DNA of 62,899 nt, the filler included, from Chiloscyllium plagiosum (taxonomy: Eukaryota): assembly GCF_004010195.1 (NCBI RefSeq). It is 4 parts of one record of this genome, joined end to end, with 100 filler letters (N's around TTAATTAATTAA, not from the genome) between each part and the next. Parts side by side here need not be neighbours in the genome. Positions count along the whole stretch, not along the records: positions 23,062 to 42,803 come from NC_057716.1; 3 more parts are not named here. One strand, 5' to 3'. This document shows, piece by piece, positions 25,520 through 38,559 of this stretch. A program made the position numbers and the translations under genes. Each line of letters opens with the position of its first letter. Position 1 is the stretch's first letter. The notes below the pieces were generated by a model. That model was not told the DNA's origin, did not search any database, and worked only from the letters and a program-made list of their open reading frames with translations.

Positions 25520-26045
25520 TCTATCCTCAGGATCTCACTGCAGGAGTTCCTGGGAGTAGTGGCCTAGGCCCAAATATCTTCAGCTCCTTCATTGGTGATC
25601 TTATCTCCGTCATAGGATCAGAAGTGGGGATGTTCACTGATGATAGCACAATGTTCAGCATCTTTTCTGATTCCTCAGATACTGAAGCAGTTTATGACCA
25701 AAAGCAGCATGTTCTGGACAATATCCAGGCTTGGACTGATAAGTGCCAAACAATGATCATGTCTGTAAGGGAGAATCTAATAAATACCTTTGATGTTCAT
25801 CGGTATGAGCATCACTGAATCCTCCACTATCAGTATCCGAGGGTTACCACTGACCCAAAACTAAATGGACTATACAAATACTGTGCTTACAATGCAGGTC
25901 AGAAGCTAGGATTTCTGTGGCAAATAAACCATGTCCTTATTCCCCAAAGTCTGTCTATTATCTTCAAGGAAAACTCAGGAGTATGGTGGAATATTCTCCT
26001 CTTGCCTGGATGGGTGCAACTTCAACAACACTCAAGAACCTCAAC
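25520..26045 (+). mobile_element. Old CR1/L2-type RT fragment
   Basis: AGVPGSSGLGPNIFSSFIGDL...MFTDD (GVPQG / FADD remnants). Confidence 0.75.
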
Positions 26046-26047
26046 AC

Positions 26048-27240
26048 ATGGATGTGAACATAGGAAGTAGAGTTAGTAAGTTTGCAAATGACACCAAAAT
26101 TGGAGGCGTCATTTGCAAACTTACTGACAGTGAAGAAGGCTACTTCAGAGTACAATGGCTCCTTGATCAGGTGGGCCAATGGGCCAAGGAGTGGCAGGTG
26201 GAGTTTAATTTAGATAAATGTGAGGTGCTGCATTTTGGAAAAGCAAATCAGGGCAAGACTTATATACTCAATGGTAAGGTCCTGGGGAGTGTTGCTGAAC
26301 AAAGAGACCTTGGCGTGCAGGTTCATAGCTCCTTGAAAGTGAAGTCTCAGATAGATAGGATAGTGAAGAAGGCATTTGGTATGCTTTCCTTTATTGGTCA
26401 GAGCATTGAGTATGTTGTGGCTGTACAGGACATTGATTAGACCACTTTTGGAAAATTTTAATGCAATTCTGGTCTTCCTCCTATCGAAAGGACATTGTGA
26501 AACTTGAAAGGGTTCAGAAAAGATTTACAAGGATGTTGCCAGAGTTGGAGGATTTGAGCTATGGGGAAAGTCTGTTTTCCCTGGAGCGCTGGAGGCTGAG
26601 GGGTGACCTTATAGAGGTTTATAAAATCATGAGGGGCATGGATAGGATAAATAGACAGAGTATTTTTCCTAGGTTGGGAAAGTTCAGAACTAGAGGGCAT
26701 AGGTATAGACTGAGAAGGGAAAGTTTAAAAGGGACCCAAGAGGCAACATTTTCATGCAGATGGTGGCGCATGTATGCATGGAATGAACTACCAGAGAAAG
26801 TGCTGGTGGCTGGTAGAATTATAACATTTAAAAGGCACCTGGATGGGTAAATGAATAGGAAAGGTTTAGATTAGATTCCCTACAGTGTGGAAACAGGCCC
26901 TTCAGCCCAAAAGTCCACACCGACCCACCGAAGAGCAACCCATCCAGACCCATTCCCCTACATTCACCCCTGACTAATGCACCTAATACTACAGGCAATT
27001 CACCTAACCTGCAAATCTTTGGACAGTGGAAGAAAACCCATGCAGACACAGGGAGAATGTGTAAACTCCACATAGACAGTTGCCAGAGGCGTGAATTGAA
27101 CCTGGGTCTCTGGCACTGTGAAGCAGCAGTGCTAACCACTGAGCCACCGTGCTGCTTTAGAGGGATATGGGCCAAGTGCTTGCAAATGGGACCAGGCATA
27201 GATGAGTTGGATTGAGGGTCTGTTTCTGTGCTCTCTGAGT
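26048..27240 (+). mobile_element. CR1 LINE RT C-terminus and 3' end, interrupted by an HE1 SINE
   Basis: SKFANDTKIGG, WAKEWQVEFNLDKCEVLHFG, RDLGV, LERVQKRFTRMLP. Confidence 0.9.
26866..27151 (-). mobile_element. HE1-type V-SINE
   Basis: Reverse complement of the 36319-36630 family. Confidence 0.88.
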
Positions 27241-27486
27241 ATCTAGGACAAAGTAGCCCATTTCGTTGACACTCATCCACCACCTTCAACATGCACATCC
27301 TTCGCCACAGTATCAGTATTTATCATCTTAAAGGCGCTTTGCAACAATTCAACAAGGTTTTTTTGATAACACCTTCTAAATCTTTTATTTCTACCACATA
27401 GCAAAACAAAGACCACAAACGCATATGAACACCACCCCCTACAGTTTGTCCTAAGTCACACACCATCCTGACTGGGAGCTATATCA

Positions 27487-27660
27487 GAGTCAAAGAGTGT
27501 GGTGCTGGTGAAGCACAGCAGGTCAGGCAGCATCTGTGGAGCAGGGAGTTGATGTTTCGGGCATAAGCCCTTCATTCCTGATGCTACCTGACCTGTTTTG
27601 CCATTCCAGCTCACGCTTTTCAACTCCGACTCTCCAATATCTGCAATCCTCACTTTCTGT
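27487..27660. mobile_element. Fold-back Penelope-like terminal repeat
   Basis: Same family as 22554; the centre of the hairpin is deleted. Confidence 0.65.
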
Positions 27661-28639
27661 CTGGGATCTACATCTCTTTGCTGTCATTTGGTCAAATTCC
27701 TGGAATTCCCTTCCTAACAGAATTATGGGTATTATAGGTGGCGCACTTTCTCTACCATTCTGTCTTCGATGTCCATTATAACACAGTTCAAGATACTGAA
27801 AATTTGCTTATGATATGGGCATCTCAGAACTCCAAAAAGAAGCAAATCTTTATCTAAACCTTTGATTTGATCACTAAAGATCAGAGAAAATAAGAGTTTC
27901 TTTATTAATGTGTCTAATTACAATGTGGTCTATTTATAGCACTATTTGGATCTCAACATCCATGTCATAACAAATTTTTACTGGTCAGCAATCTTCTCGA
28001 TTCACTTATCAAATCCTATCTACTGATGATTTCACTCCAGGTTTATCAACTTACTTTAAATTATGTGTTCTCTATTGCTAATGCATTGCAATGGATGACC
28101 ACAATATTGTTTTTTTCTAAGACCTTGCCCTCTGGTAGAAACAGGTACTTTGTTTACTTCATCAATTCTTTACAAGCATTGTTCTGTCATGAGTCACATG
28201 AGTCAAACAGCAGCTCCCACCTCTCATATTGTGCAGGAGTACAAATTAGCATTTCAATATAAAACAATGCCAGAACAGCTAATATATCTTGAGCTGGCTT
28301 AAGTGGGTTGGAAAGTAATAGTTGGTTAGTACTAGTGATACAAAATGGAACTATAAACCATGTTGCATTAGAGCTTCGAAACTTTTTGAAATGGGAAGTT
28401 GTTGAAATGGAAACCAAGCCTCATAATTCATATTCTTACAATCTGTAGAATTAGAGAGTCCAGGAATAACTTCATTCACTCTACTCGTTTCATTTCCTGC
28501 TCACATTGCAAACTCAGAGACACCATTTGAACTGACATCAACTGTGGTCAAGTCTCTCCACCTTGGCTGAATCAAAACCTACTGAAGGATACCTCACCAA
28601 ATCCTCTGGAATATTTTAGTTCCAATTTCATATCATTAG

Positions 28640-29150
28640 CTAGGTCAGCAATTGTTGCCCATCCTCACTCACCCTGGAGAAGGTGGTGGTGACTTGCCAT
28701 TTATGACTGCTGCCATCCTTGAGGTGTCGGCATTTCCATAATATTATTAGAATGCGATTTGCAGGACAATTACCTAATGAAGGTACGGTGATAGAGTTCT
28801 GAGTAGGAATGTTGTATCTCTTGGAGAAAATCTATAGCTAATGATGTTCCACTGGATCTGATGTCCTTGTCTTTTGATCATGGGTTTGGAATGCACTTTT
28901 GAAGAAGCCTGAATAAGTGTCTGCAGTACATCTTGTATACACTACACACTGGTGCTGTTGGCCGAGAATGAACATACTCATCAATGGATGAGATATCACT
29001 CAAGTGATCTGCTTTGTTCCAGATGGTGTTGAACTTCTCAAGTGTTGTTGAAACTGCACTCATCCAGGCAAATGAGGAATATTCCATCCCACTCCTCACT
29101 TGTGCCTTATAGATGGTAGATAGACTTTGGGAATTATCTCTTAATTTGCA
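28640..29150 (-). mobile_element. Old LINE 3' end (CR1/L2-type)
   Basis: ORF 28878-29201 STIYKAQVRSGMEYSSFAWMSA is typical of this RT C-terminus. Confidence 0.75.
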
Positions 29151-29840
29151 TTGGTTCAGATTGCAGTTGCTTGCATACTTTATGAATGGGCACAAATTCA
29201 TGGGCTGGACCTGGAGTCAGATCAAATGGTTAGCTTGTGTGCAATCAAGGTGGTATCCATTCAGTCTTCCAAGGTATGTATCTGGGTGAGCATTACTCCA
29301 CCAGCAATACCAGGCCAGCACTGCAGTCTGTGGCATACCACCCTTACCAGTATGCCATGGTAATCATCCATAATCCTGTTTATGAACAAAATTATTTTCA
29401 TGAAAGACAAGCATAGATAAGTAAGTCGCTGATTCCCACTGCAATCCCTACATATAGGGCAGAGTTTTCTTATCTTTGTTAAATTCAGGGTGTCTGGTCC
29501 ACCATGGTTCAGATTAGTCAGAGAACTGACTCACTAAACACAGAACCCACCAGCTCAACAAGCGGTTGGTTGGTTTCATATCTGATATAAAAAATTGGAA
29601 AAATATGCTCCACTCACCTCCAGTCAGGGAACTCGCTTGCTAAACAGCCCTCCAGATTAGCTTTCTGCACACAATCTTCACCTTTTCCATTACACAACTT
29701 GTCTCTTGGGTGTCCTATTCGGGGAATGATACAGCCAGAGACACTGAAGCCCTGGCCACAGCCCGGACCTTCCAACTTTCATGTTTCTGCTGGAAAATTT
29801 AAAGCCCCACCTTTGGAGCTAGAGCTTGTCTGTTCAGGAC

Positions 29841-30480
29841 ATGATCCAGAGGAAAGGAAGGCTCACTCACCACTTCACAGACAGGGATCTGGAGGTCTTC
29901 TAGATGTCGGTGGTGAGGAAGCTGGCAGTCCTTTCTTCAGTCAACTGCAAAAACAGGTCACCCCACTTGATGAAACCAGTCTGGACACAAATTGCAGCAC
30001 GGGTCAGTGCTGTGTCCAGATGAAGTGAGGTGCCCAGCGGTGTAGGAAGGTCAATAATTTTCAGCTCTGTGCAAGGGTAAGTATCACCATCTTCTCTCTG
30101 CTATTCATACAAACTGAGTCACCCACTCACTCTAACTCTGCTGCTGAAACCACATCTCACCAAGGTTCATGGACCAGAACCCTCACTATTCCAGGCACGT
30201 GTCTGCTAATCAGCTCTCAACCACCTCATCCTCCCAAACTGTTAACCCTTCTTGCCCTCTGCACTTCCTACACACAGGTATCAGCTCACCATCTCTCCTA
30301 CTTCCCATTAACTGCTCTTCCAGCCATTCCCATCATACTCATTGCAGAAAAAAAACTGGTCAACAACCAAGTTGAGAGCTCCACAACTGGTGGATATCAG
30401 GCTCCACTACAAGGAGGAAATATTAGATTTGGCTGGAGAAGATCATGACCACATAAGTGGAGACAGGAGGACCTCAGTGA
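29841..30480 (+). pseudogene. Harbinger Myb/SANT-like DNA-binding ORF remnant, two exons (29841-30076; 30348 onward)
   Basis: MIQRKGRLTHHFTDRDLEVF*...PVWTQIAARVSAVS...AQRCRKVNNFQLCAR|gtaagt, then ttgcag|KKLVNNQVESSTTGG...EEILDLAGE; stops and frameshifts. Confidence 0.78.
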
Positions 30481-31239
30481 ACAGCCAACACAGTGAGTCT
30501 CATTGGGCTATGTTGCATAACTCTCTCATTATCATCATTCCTAATCTGTACAAGCTTTCATCCACCTCTGGCAATGATTTCCCTCTCTTCCCACATGTGG
30601 CACCCAGCAAACCTCTTGAAAGATGCCTGGAGACTGCAGTTCTACTTCGAAGGAGGAAGTTACTGATCTCTTCAAGGATGCACTGGTCAGACTTCCACTT
30701 GTGCCCTCCACCAACTCAGAGACTTTCGCCTTGGCAGGTACTCTTCTTCTATCAGACTTGGGAGCATAGTCTGGTGAATACATCTCTGACCTACCTCCAC
30801 AGATGGTTCAAGACTGAAAAATGTAGGTTGTGCAACTTTGGAATGCTCTACTTCAGAGGACAGCAACAGCGGTGTCTATGAGTATTTTTAAGGCAGAGTT
30901 GGATTATTCTTGCTAGGCAGGGGAATCAATGGTTATCAGAGATATGTGGGAACGTGGAATTCAATATACAAACAAATCATTAATTGAATGGTGAGCCAGC
31001 TCAAGGTACCGAATCATTTTCATATGTTTGTATATAAACGTTTCATCTTAAGGTGGGCAACGCTTTGTTCTATAATCATCCAGATGGAAATGTGAGTAAC
31101 ATTGTACCTTCATTCTGCTTCGGACTGAAGGTATCATGAGCCATGCCTGAAGAGATACTCTTAGTCTCCCTGTAGCCAACTCTGAATGACCAAAGGACCG
31201 TGGAGGGATGCAGGAACCAGTAGGTTCTCTGGTCTGTAA

Positions 31240-31760
31240 TTGCCATGGTAGCCCCAGGTTATCTGGATCATGACCTGTTATTTGAACATTGATGGAGTGG
31301 AAGCCATCAATGTTGATGAACTCTGCAAGTTGATGACAGGGCCCTCTTAAAGCAACGTGAGTTCAGTTGATGGTGCTCTTCAATGAAGGTGGAGAATCCC
31401 ACTGCCTGAGCTGCTTGTCTCTCCTCATCATTGGGGGGAAGGACATCAAGAACTGGAGTTTGCAGCAAATGGCATCCATTACATTCCAGATCCATTACAG
31501 CTCAAGGAATGGTAAAAGTCACACAGGTTCCCTGTTGCTCCTTGAAATAAATAGTTGGCATAAAGAATCAGGGCAGCTATGACCTTAATGGTCACTTTGA
31601 TGGGATTAGCATGATGTCCTTCTGAGTGCAAGTCCTGCTGCAGCAGATGACATCTGACACAGTTCAGTAATGATGAGCCAGGTCATCCTTAATTGGAGTC
31701 TGCACCGTTGTTTGGACAGTTGAAGAAAAGACCTGTAGATATGGGGATCCCATCATTCCC
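31240..31760 (-). pseudogene. HARBI1-like DDE transposase remnant
   Basis: SFLQLSKQRCRLQLRMT..ITELCQ..LLQQDL...KVIAALILYANYLFQGATGNLC...AVGFS...TIN*THVALRGP...FINIDGFHSINVQI (cf. GAIDCTH, NRKGFHSINVQ). Confidence 0.85.
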
Positions 31761-32399
31761 TTCCACTCCTTGGGTGAACATCCACTGCTGCTTCTCATCC
31801 TGGAGGGTGGTGTACTTGTTGGGCTGGCTGACAACTGTCTACCTCTACCTTGTTCTTGTAGTTGCAATAAGGTCACAGCCATCTTGCTGTGAACGTACAA
31901 TCTGTGGTGAATGTCAGAAAGAAAACACAATTTGATTGAAGGACTTTCTGAGGCCTCACATCCATCTCCATGAATCCGCAAGTTATGCCCTCACACTGAG
32001 ACATGGCGACTTCCGAAGGAGGTTAATCGTCATGCCTCGGTATGGAGTTCTGAGATACATCTCCTTAATCAATTGCATATTCCACAAACAAAGTTTCTGT
32101 GCAAAACTGGAGGAGTAGAATTTTGCCAGTGAGCCACTATGGTAGTCCCTCCCTTCCACATCACAGACCATATCCTTGCATTCTTATGCTCAGTGTGTCA
32201 ATGTAGCAAATGTGATGCATTGTTTTCCAAGGCTAGCTCTCAAATGGGTTCGTGAAATGGAAATTTCAGTTGCTGCTTTTATGTGCCTTCTTTTGATTTC
32301 AGTTACTGAGGCAACATTGCAAGGAGACAACTTGCGCATCAAATGTAATGGGCCATGATTGCTTTTGAGGCAATTATATAAGTTATAATGTGCATTCTT

Positions 32400-33895
32400 A
32401 GATAGGGAAATAGAGGGCGACATCTTGAAAAATGTCCATATTACAGAGGAGGAAGTGCAGGATGTCTTGAAACGCATAAAAGTGGATATCTCCAGTACCT
32501 GATCAGGTGTACCCTAGAAATCTGTGAGAAGCTAGATAAGTGATTGCTGGGACTTTTGCTGAGATATTTGTATTATCGATAGTCACAGGTGAGGTGCCGG
32601 AAGACTGGAGGTTGGCTAACATGGTGCCACTGTTTAAGAAAGGTGGTAAGGACAAGCCACGGAACAATAGACCAGTGAACCTGACTTCGGTGATGGGCAA
32701 GTTGCTGGAGGGAATCCTAAGGGGACAGGATGTACATGTGTTTGGAAAGGCAAGGACAGATTAGGAATAGTCAGCATGGCTTTGCGTATGGGAAATCATG
32801 TCTCACAAACTTGATTGAGGTTTTTGAAGAAGTAACAAAGATGATTGATGAGGGAAGAGCAGTGCATGTGATCTATATGGACTTCAATAAGGCATTCATC
32901 AAGATTCCTCATGATAAACTGATTAACAAGGTTAGATCTCATGGAATACAAGGAGAACAACCCATTTACATACATAACTGGCTCAAAGGTAGAAAACAGA
33001 GGGTGGTGGTGGAGGGTTGCTTTTCAGGCTGGAGGCCTGTGACCAATGGTGTACCACAAGGAGCGGTGCTGGGTCCACTGCTTTTTGTCATTTGCGTAAA
33101 TGATTTGGATGTGAACATAGGAGGTATAGTTATTAAGTTTGCAGATGGCACCAAAATTGGAGATATAGTGCATAGTGAAGAAGGTCAACTCAGGGTACAA
33201 TGGGATCTTGATCAGATGGTCCAATGGGCTGAGGAGTGGCAGATGGAGTTTAATTTAGATAAACGTGAGGAAAAGCAAATCTTAGCAGGACTTATACACT
33301 TAATGGTAAGGTCCTGGGGATTGGATAGGCCACTGTTGGAATATTGCGTGCAATTCTGGTCTCCTTCCTATCAGAAAAATGTTGTGAAAATTGAAAGGGT
33401 TCAGAAAAGATTAACAGGAATGTTGCCAGATTGGAGGATTTGAGCTATAGGGAGAGGTTGAATAGGCTAGGGCTGTTTCCCCTGGAGCATCGGAGGCTGA
33501 GGGGTGATCTTATAGAGGTTTACAAAATTATGAGGGGCATGGATAGGATAAATAGACAAAATCTTTTCCCTGGGGTGGGAGAGTCCAGAACGAGAGGGCA
33601 TAGGTTTAGGGTGAAAGGGTAAAGATATAGAGGGCATAGGTTTAGGGTGAAAGGGTAAAGATATAAAAGAGACTTAAGGGGCAACTTTTTCACATGTATA
33701 TGGAATGAGCTGCCAGAAGTAATGGTGGAAGCTGGTACATCAGTGATCTGGATGGGTATATGAATAGGAAGGTTTTGTAGGTGCTGGCTGGTGGGACTAG
33801 ATTGGGTGGGGATAACTGGTCGGCGTGGACTATTTGGACCTAAGGGTCTGTTTTCGTGTTTTCGTGCTGTACATCTCAATGACTCTATGACTCTA
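32400..33895 (+). mobile_element. CR1 LINE RT to 3' end
   Basis: EDWRLANMVPLFKKG, QHGF..GKSCLTNL, YMDFNKAF, GVPQGAVLGPLLF; tail gactctatgactcta; 36-bp tandem duplication at 33593-33664. Confidence 0.93.
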
Positions 33896-34925
33896 CTAGC
33901 CAAACTGAAGTCAGATGGGTAACATTACTAAATCAGTGGAAGAATGATTACTGCAATTGCCCCTTGCAGGGCCTATAACTCACTATGCCCCCAGCAAAAA
34001 AAAATAGCAACTCAATTGATCTCCATCTTTGCATTTGGAGTTAGCCATTTTGTATAATTATTGCAGAGCTAACTTTGCTCCCCTTCTTCTTGTCCCCATC
34101 CTTCTTAGCATAGAGAGAGGAAGAATGAATGATTGGTGGCACCAAACTAGCTGATAGCAAACCCCTTCTCTCCTTTACCACTCTACATTGCTCATCACCT
34201 TTCCCTTTTCTGCCCTCCACCCCCTTCAGTTTGTCTCATATCCCTCTGTTAATTTTCATTAAATCTGTGACAGATACAAATCAGGCTGCTGATTTAATAT
34301 CCATATATAGTTGAATAAAATCAGGCTTGCACCTGATAAATCACGCTGGGCTACAATTCCACAGAGGCTGCCATCTCCTGTCAGCTCAGTGTGAGACTGT
34401 CTGCCAGATGTTCATTACGATTTCCTAGCTCTGTAGCTAACTGTGGACCATTTCAATATAATTATATTGCAGCCTTCTAATATCCAGATGTGCTAATGGA
34501 TCAGTCTATCTAGCAAGGTGACAAAAGGTTACTTAGCATATAATTGGAGTACAAGACCATTGTCCAAATCATTTGTTAACTATGTATAAAAGTTTACATT
34601 TGTTGTAATAATTTGGGAGCCATATATTGGCTTTGAAAAATAAGTGTAGGACTGTCTATAATCCTTTTGAGAAATATTTTTCTTTAGGCTGCACAATACA
34701 AGTTAACTGTAATAAAATCAGAAAATGCTGGAGAAACTCAACAGGTCTCTGGTAGTATCTGTAGAACAGAAGCAAATTTAAGATTTTGAGGTTGCAGTTA
34801 AAACTCTTTTTAAATTCCAAAAAGACTGTTATTGGACTCAAAACACGAACTTTGTTTTTCTCTCCAAAGATGCTACCAGAAACTGACCTGTCGAGTTTCT
34901 CCAGCAGTGTCTGATTTATTTCAGA

Positions 34926-35470
34926 TTTGGAGATGCTGGTGTTGGACTGAGGTGGATAAAGTTAAAAATCACACAACACCAGGTTATAGCCCAACAGGTT
35001 CATTTGGAAGCACTAGCTTTCAGAGCACTGCTCCTCCATCAGATTGTGGAATATAAGATCATGTGACACAGAATTTAGAGCAAAAAATTACAATGTGATG
35101 CCACTGAAATGATATATTGAAAACAACCTGGATTGTTTGTTAAGTCTTTCATCTTTAAGAATGACCATGTTAGTTTTGGTTCTTTCATATGTAAATCCCA
35201 CAACATTTTTAAAGTTACATTCTCAAGATAACTTTAACAATAGGTGCCATCTCAGCTCAGATACTGCATTGAAGGTATGAGTCCCAATGTTCAGACTGAT
35301 GTTATTTCTAAAATGGGATTTACAGAATCTTGCATGGACTTAAGCAGTTTTTGAGCAAAACAACATGCAATTCTGCAAGTACAAATTCACCCCACATACT
35401 ATATGTGTGCGCATGCAGGGGAGACAGAGTGAGTGTGAGCATGTGGGTGTGAGGGTGGTGTGAGTGTCTA
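34926..35470 (-). mobile_element. Penelope-like element 3' fragment nested in an older fold-back repeat (34715-35710)
   Basis: Family shared with 4238 and 23185; core CTGATGG-AGGAGC-AGT-GCTCT-GAAA-GCTA at 35014-35042. Confidence 0.6.
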
Positions 35471-35471
35471 T

Positions 35472-35650
35472 GATTTCCTCTTGAGCTTCTCCAACAGTGT
35501 CTGATTTATTACAGATTTCCTGTTTAGTTTCTCCAGCACTGTCTGATTTATTACAGATCTCCTGTTGAGTTTCTCCAACACTGTCTGATTTATTACAGAT
35601 TTCCTGTTGAGTTTCTCCAGCACTGTCTGATTTATTACAGATTTCCTGTT
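35472..35650 (+). repeat. Minisatellite, about 4.3 x 42 bp
   Basis: Unit gatttcctgttgagtttctccagcactgtctgatttattaca at 35472, 35514, 35556, 35598 and partially at 35640. Confidence 0.95.
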
Positions 35651-35974
35651 TATCTCTCACACTCAATTTTATTTCAGGTTTCCAGCATCCACAGTACTTT
35701 GCTTGTGTTCTATGTAGTAATTGTAATTGTTAGCATGTTTGATACTCAGAAGGATATGCAGAGGAGAAAAAAAATCTCTTTTGAAATGATTGACTATCCC
35801 AGTTTATTTTTTTAAAATAGAGTGATTATTGTTTAGAATAATATTCATAGATAGGGCTGCTGCTTGCATGCCAAACATTGGAAGTAATGTGTAATAAACA
35901 GCACTAAGGGATCTCACAATCAATGGATGAGATTAAATTTCTGATGCTGTGACAACCATCTGAAAGAAGAAACT

Positions 35975-36990
35975 CCATAAGTATCCCCATCATAAATGAT
36001 GGTGGAGTCCAGGACAATAGTACAAAAGACAAGGCCTGAAGCATTTTCTTCAGCCAAAAGCAGAGAGTGGATTTTCCACCTTGGCCTCCTCAACTGCTCT
36101 TTAGAGATGCTAGACTTCAGCTAATTCACTTCTCCAAGAATCCACAAAGAAATGACTGAAAGCACTGGATACCACAAAAACTGTGGTCCCTCACAACATT
36201 CTGGTAGCAGCACTGAAGACTTGTATTCCAGAACTAGCCATGTCCCTAACCCAGCCGATCCAATACAGCTACATCAATGGTTTCTACCTGGCATTGTGGA
36301 AAATTGTCAATATATATTGGGCGGCACGGTGGCACAGTGGTTAGCACTGCTGCCTCACAGCGCCAGAGACCCGGGTTCAATTCCCGCCTCAGGCGACTGA
36401 CTGTGTGGAGTTTGCACGTTCTCCCCGTGTCTGCGTAGGTTTCCTCTGGGTGCTCCGGTTTTCTCCCACAGTCCAAAGATGTGCAGGGTCAGGTGAATTG
36501 GCTATACTAAATTGCCCGTAGTGTTAGGTAAGGGGTAAATGTAGGGGTATGGGTGGGTTTCGCTTCGGCAGGTCGGTGTGGACTTGTTGGGCCGAAGGGC
36601 CTGTTTCCACACTGTAATGTAATCTAATCTATATCTCCTGCCCAAAAATGTAAGGCAAATCCAACACAGCCAGTTACTGGTTCATCAATCTATTGTTGAT
36701 CATCAGTAAAGCAATTAAGGATGTCATTGATAGTGCACTTACACACCAATAACTAGCTCACTGATGCTCAGTTTGTGTTCTGCCAAAGCCACTCTGTTCT
36801 TGACCTCACTAGAGAAAAGAGCTGAGGACCAAAGGTGAGGTAAGAATGGCTTTCTTGACATCAAGGTGACATTTGACCATGTATGGCATGAAGGAACATG
36901 AGCAAACTGAATTCAATGGGAATCAAGAGGAAATCTCTCTTCCTGTTTTGAGTAATATCGAGCACAAAGGAAAATGGTGATTCTAAACTT
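35975..36990 (+). mobile_element. Old CR1/L2-type LINE RT fragment hosting an HE1 SINE
   Basis: LKALDT.K..GP.NI...ALKTCIPELA and LDIKVTFDHVWH remnants on either side of the SINE. Confidence 0.7.
36319..36630 (+). mobile_element. HE1-type V-SINE, young full-length copy
   Basis: A box 36330-36340, B box 36374-36384, V-domain, CR1-derived tail, (aatct)n end; CpGs retained. Confidence 0.93.
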
Positions 36991-38559
36991 CCAGCATCAG
37001 ATGTATGTCATGCAGCCATGCGATCAGAAAATGTAATTACTTATCTCTCATCACATCTTGTCTACACATGCATTTCATAAAGAGAATAACCAGAAATGCG
37101 ATTAAATGCTTTGCTTGGCCTATGGTAAGAACAAAGAACCACTGGCAGATGGATAAAGAACACAAACTGTTAAATCTATTGTTGCTACTCTTTGATCAAT
37201 GTTATGCCACAAGTTGGAAATGTGCTGCCTCATTGGCAGGTAGTCATCACTTGGTTTAGGGCAACTTTCTTCAGCAGGCCCCACTTTGTGCCTCAAGCTC
37301 TGAAACTTACCAGAATTCCATGAAGGTGCTTTGGCAGGCTGATTGCACTTCAGGCCTCCTGGTCGTTGGAGCTAGCTCCCAGAGATCAGACCCATGAAAC
37401 AGTTCACTCCCAAGTATTTATTGATGCCTTTCAATGGCTAGGGATTGCAGGCCAGGAAACATCTATTGAGAGAGAAACAGCCAATGAGCTGAACCTTACC
37501 TTCCTCATAGGGGTTACAAACCGCAGCACTTGGAGCACTGGACTGGATGGGGCTGCATGGACTTTACATAAGGAACACTAATTAATGAACCAATTCATAC
37601 TAATTATTCTTACGTTAGTATCTGGTGATGACTCACTGATTAGATAGGAAGCCTCACCTTTTTCTTGTTCCCTGAAGGATGCCCAGCAATCCCCCTTGGA
37701 TTTGTCAAAGTCCTCCTGGGGAAGGAGGGAGGAGGGAATGGAGGGGAGAGGCTTTCACATTTTCAGTGCCTGATTGAGGGGTCTGGCATTGGGAAGATAT
37801 GATGCTGACCTCTTCCCCCAACTCTTGCCTTTGAATGCCGTTGTATCGGTCACTGTGTTCATCACAAGAAATCATTTCCCTTCTGGCTTGCATGAATAGT
37901 GACACTCTATGCAAGCCCTTTTTCTTCTCTCCTTGGAATCTGAGACACTTCCTACCTAATCTTATGGTGTGCACATCACAAAGAGACAGTCTACATATTA
38001 AAAGCTTGAAGCAGTTATTTTTCTGAATGGAACATGCAGAGACGGAAATCATGAATAGCTGTTTGTTGGGTTACTCAGAAATGTTTTGTGAATAACTGCA
38101 AGATCAGCTTTCACTTTTGCACTCTCCTGTGGGAGACAAGTGTGGAGCAGCTTATTGAGCTCAATGAAATACAGTTATATAACTGCTTACCCCCTGCAGT
38201 GACTATAAAGTAATGTCCTCAGAAAATACATTCAGGCAACAGCATGAAGCTGCCACAACTGGACCAATGTGTGAGACATTGTGTTCATCATGAGCAGCAG
38301 GGTGCATTCCATCAAGAGGCAATCGCACCAGAATCTATTTGTAAGTTAGATGCAAATAAAAGGCTTTTGGCAAATTTAGTGGGCTCTTATCTGCAAGCAA
38401 AAGCTTACTGTCATAAGACACGAGGAAAAAAGTTTACAAAAATTCAACCTTCTTCCTCTCCACTTCCTCTACTTTTACAAACTATTGCCCCGTACTCATC
38501 CTCCTGTTCTTATCCAAAATCTTTTAAGATCTTCTTGACTCCCACATCGGTGCTCGTCT

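Larger units (their letters stand above)
29457..32128. mobile_element. Decayed autonomous-type PIF/Harbinger DNA transposon
   Basis: Contains convergent Myb/SANT and DDE transposase remnants. Ends are tentative (GGGCAGAGTTTT at 29457 vs reverse-complement TGGCAAAATTCT at 32128); no intact TSD. Confidence 0.7.

Noticed and set aside
29837..29860. GHDP in ORF 29699-30028 resembling PIKfyve GHDPRTAVQ
   Set aside because: Similarity ends after four residues; another frame here is the Harbinger Myb remnant.
35340..35666. 108-aa repetitive ORF (QEICNKSDSAGET)n
   Set aside because: Translation of a 42-bp minisatellite derived from a repeat end.
36319..36395. tRNA genes at A/B-box sites (also 21099, 61807, 8503)
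   Set aside because: These are SINE heads continuing into V-domain and LINE-like tails.
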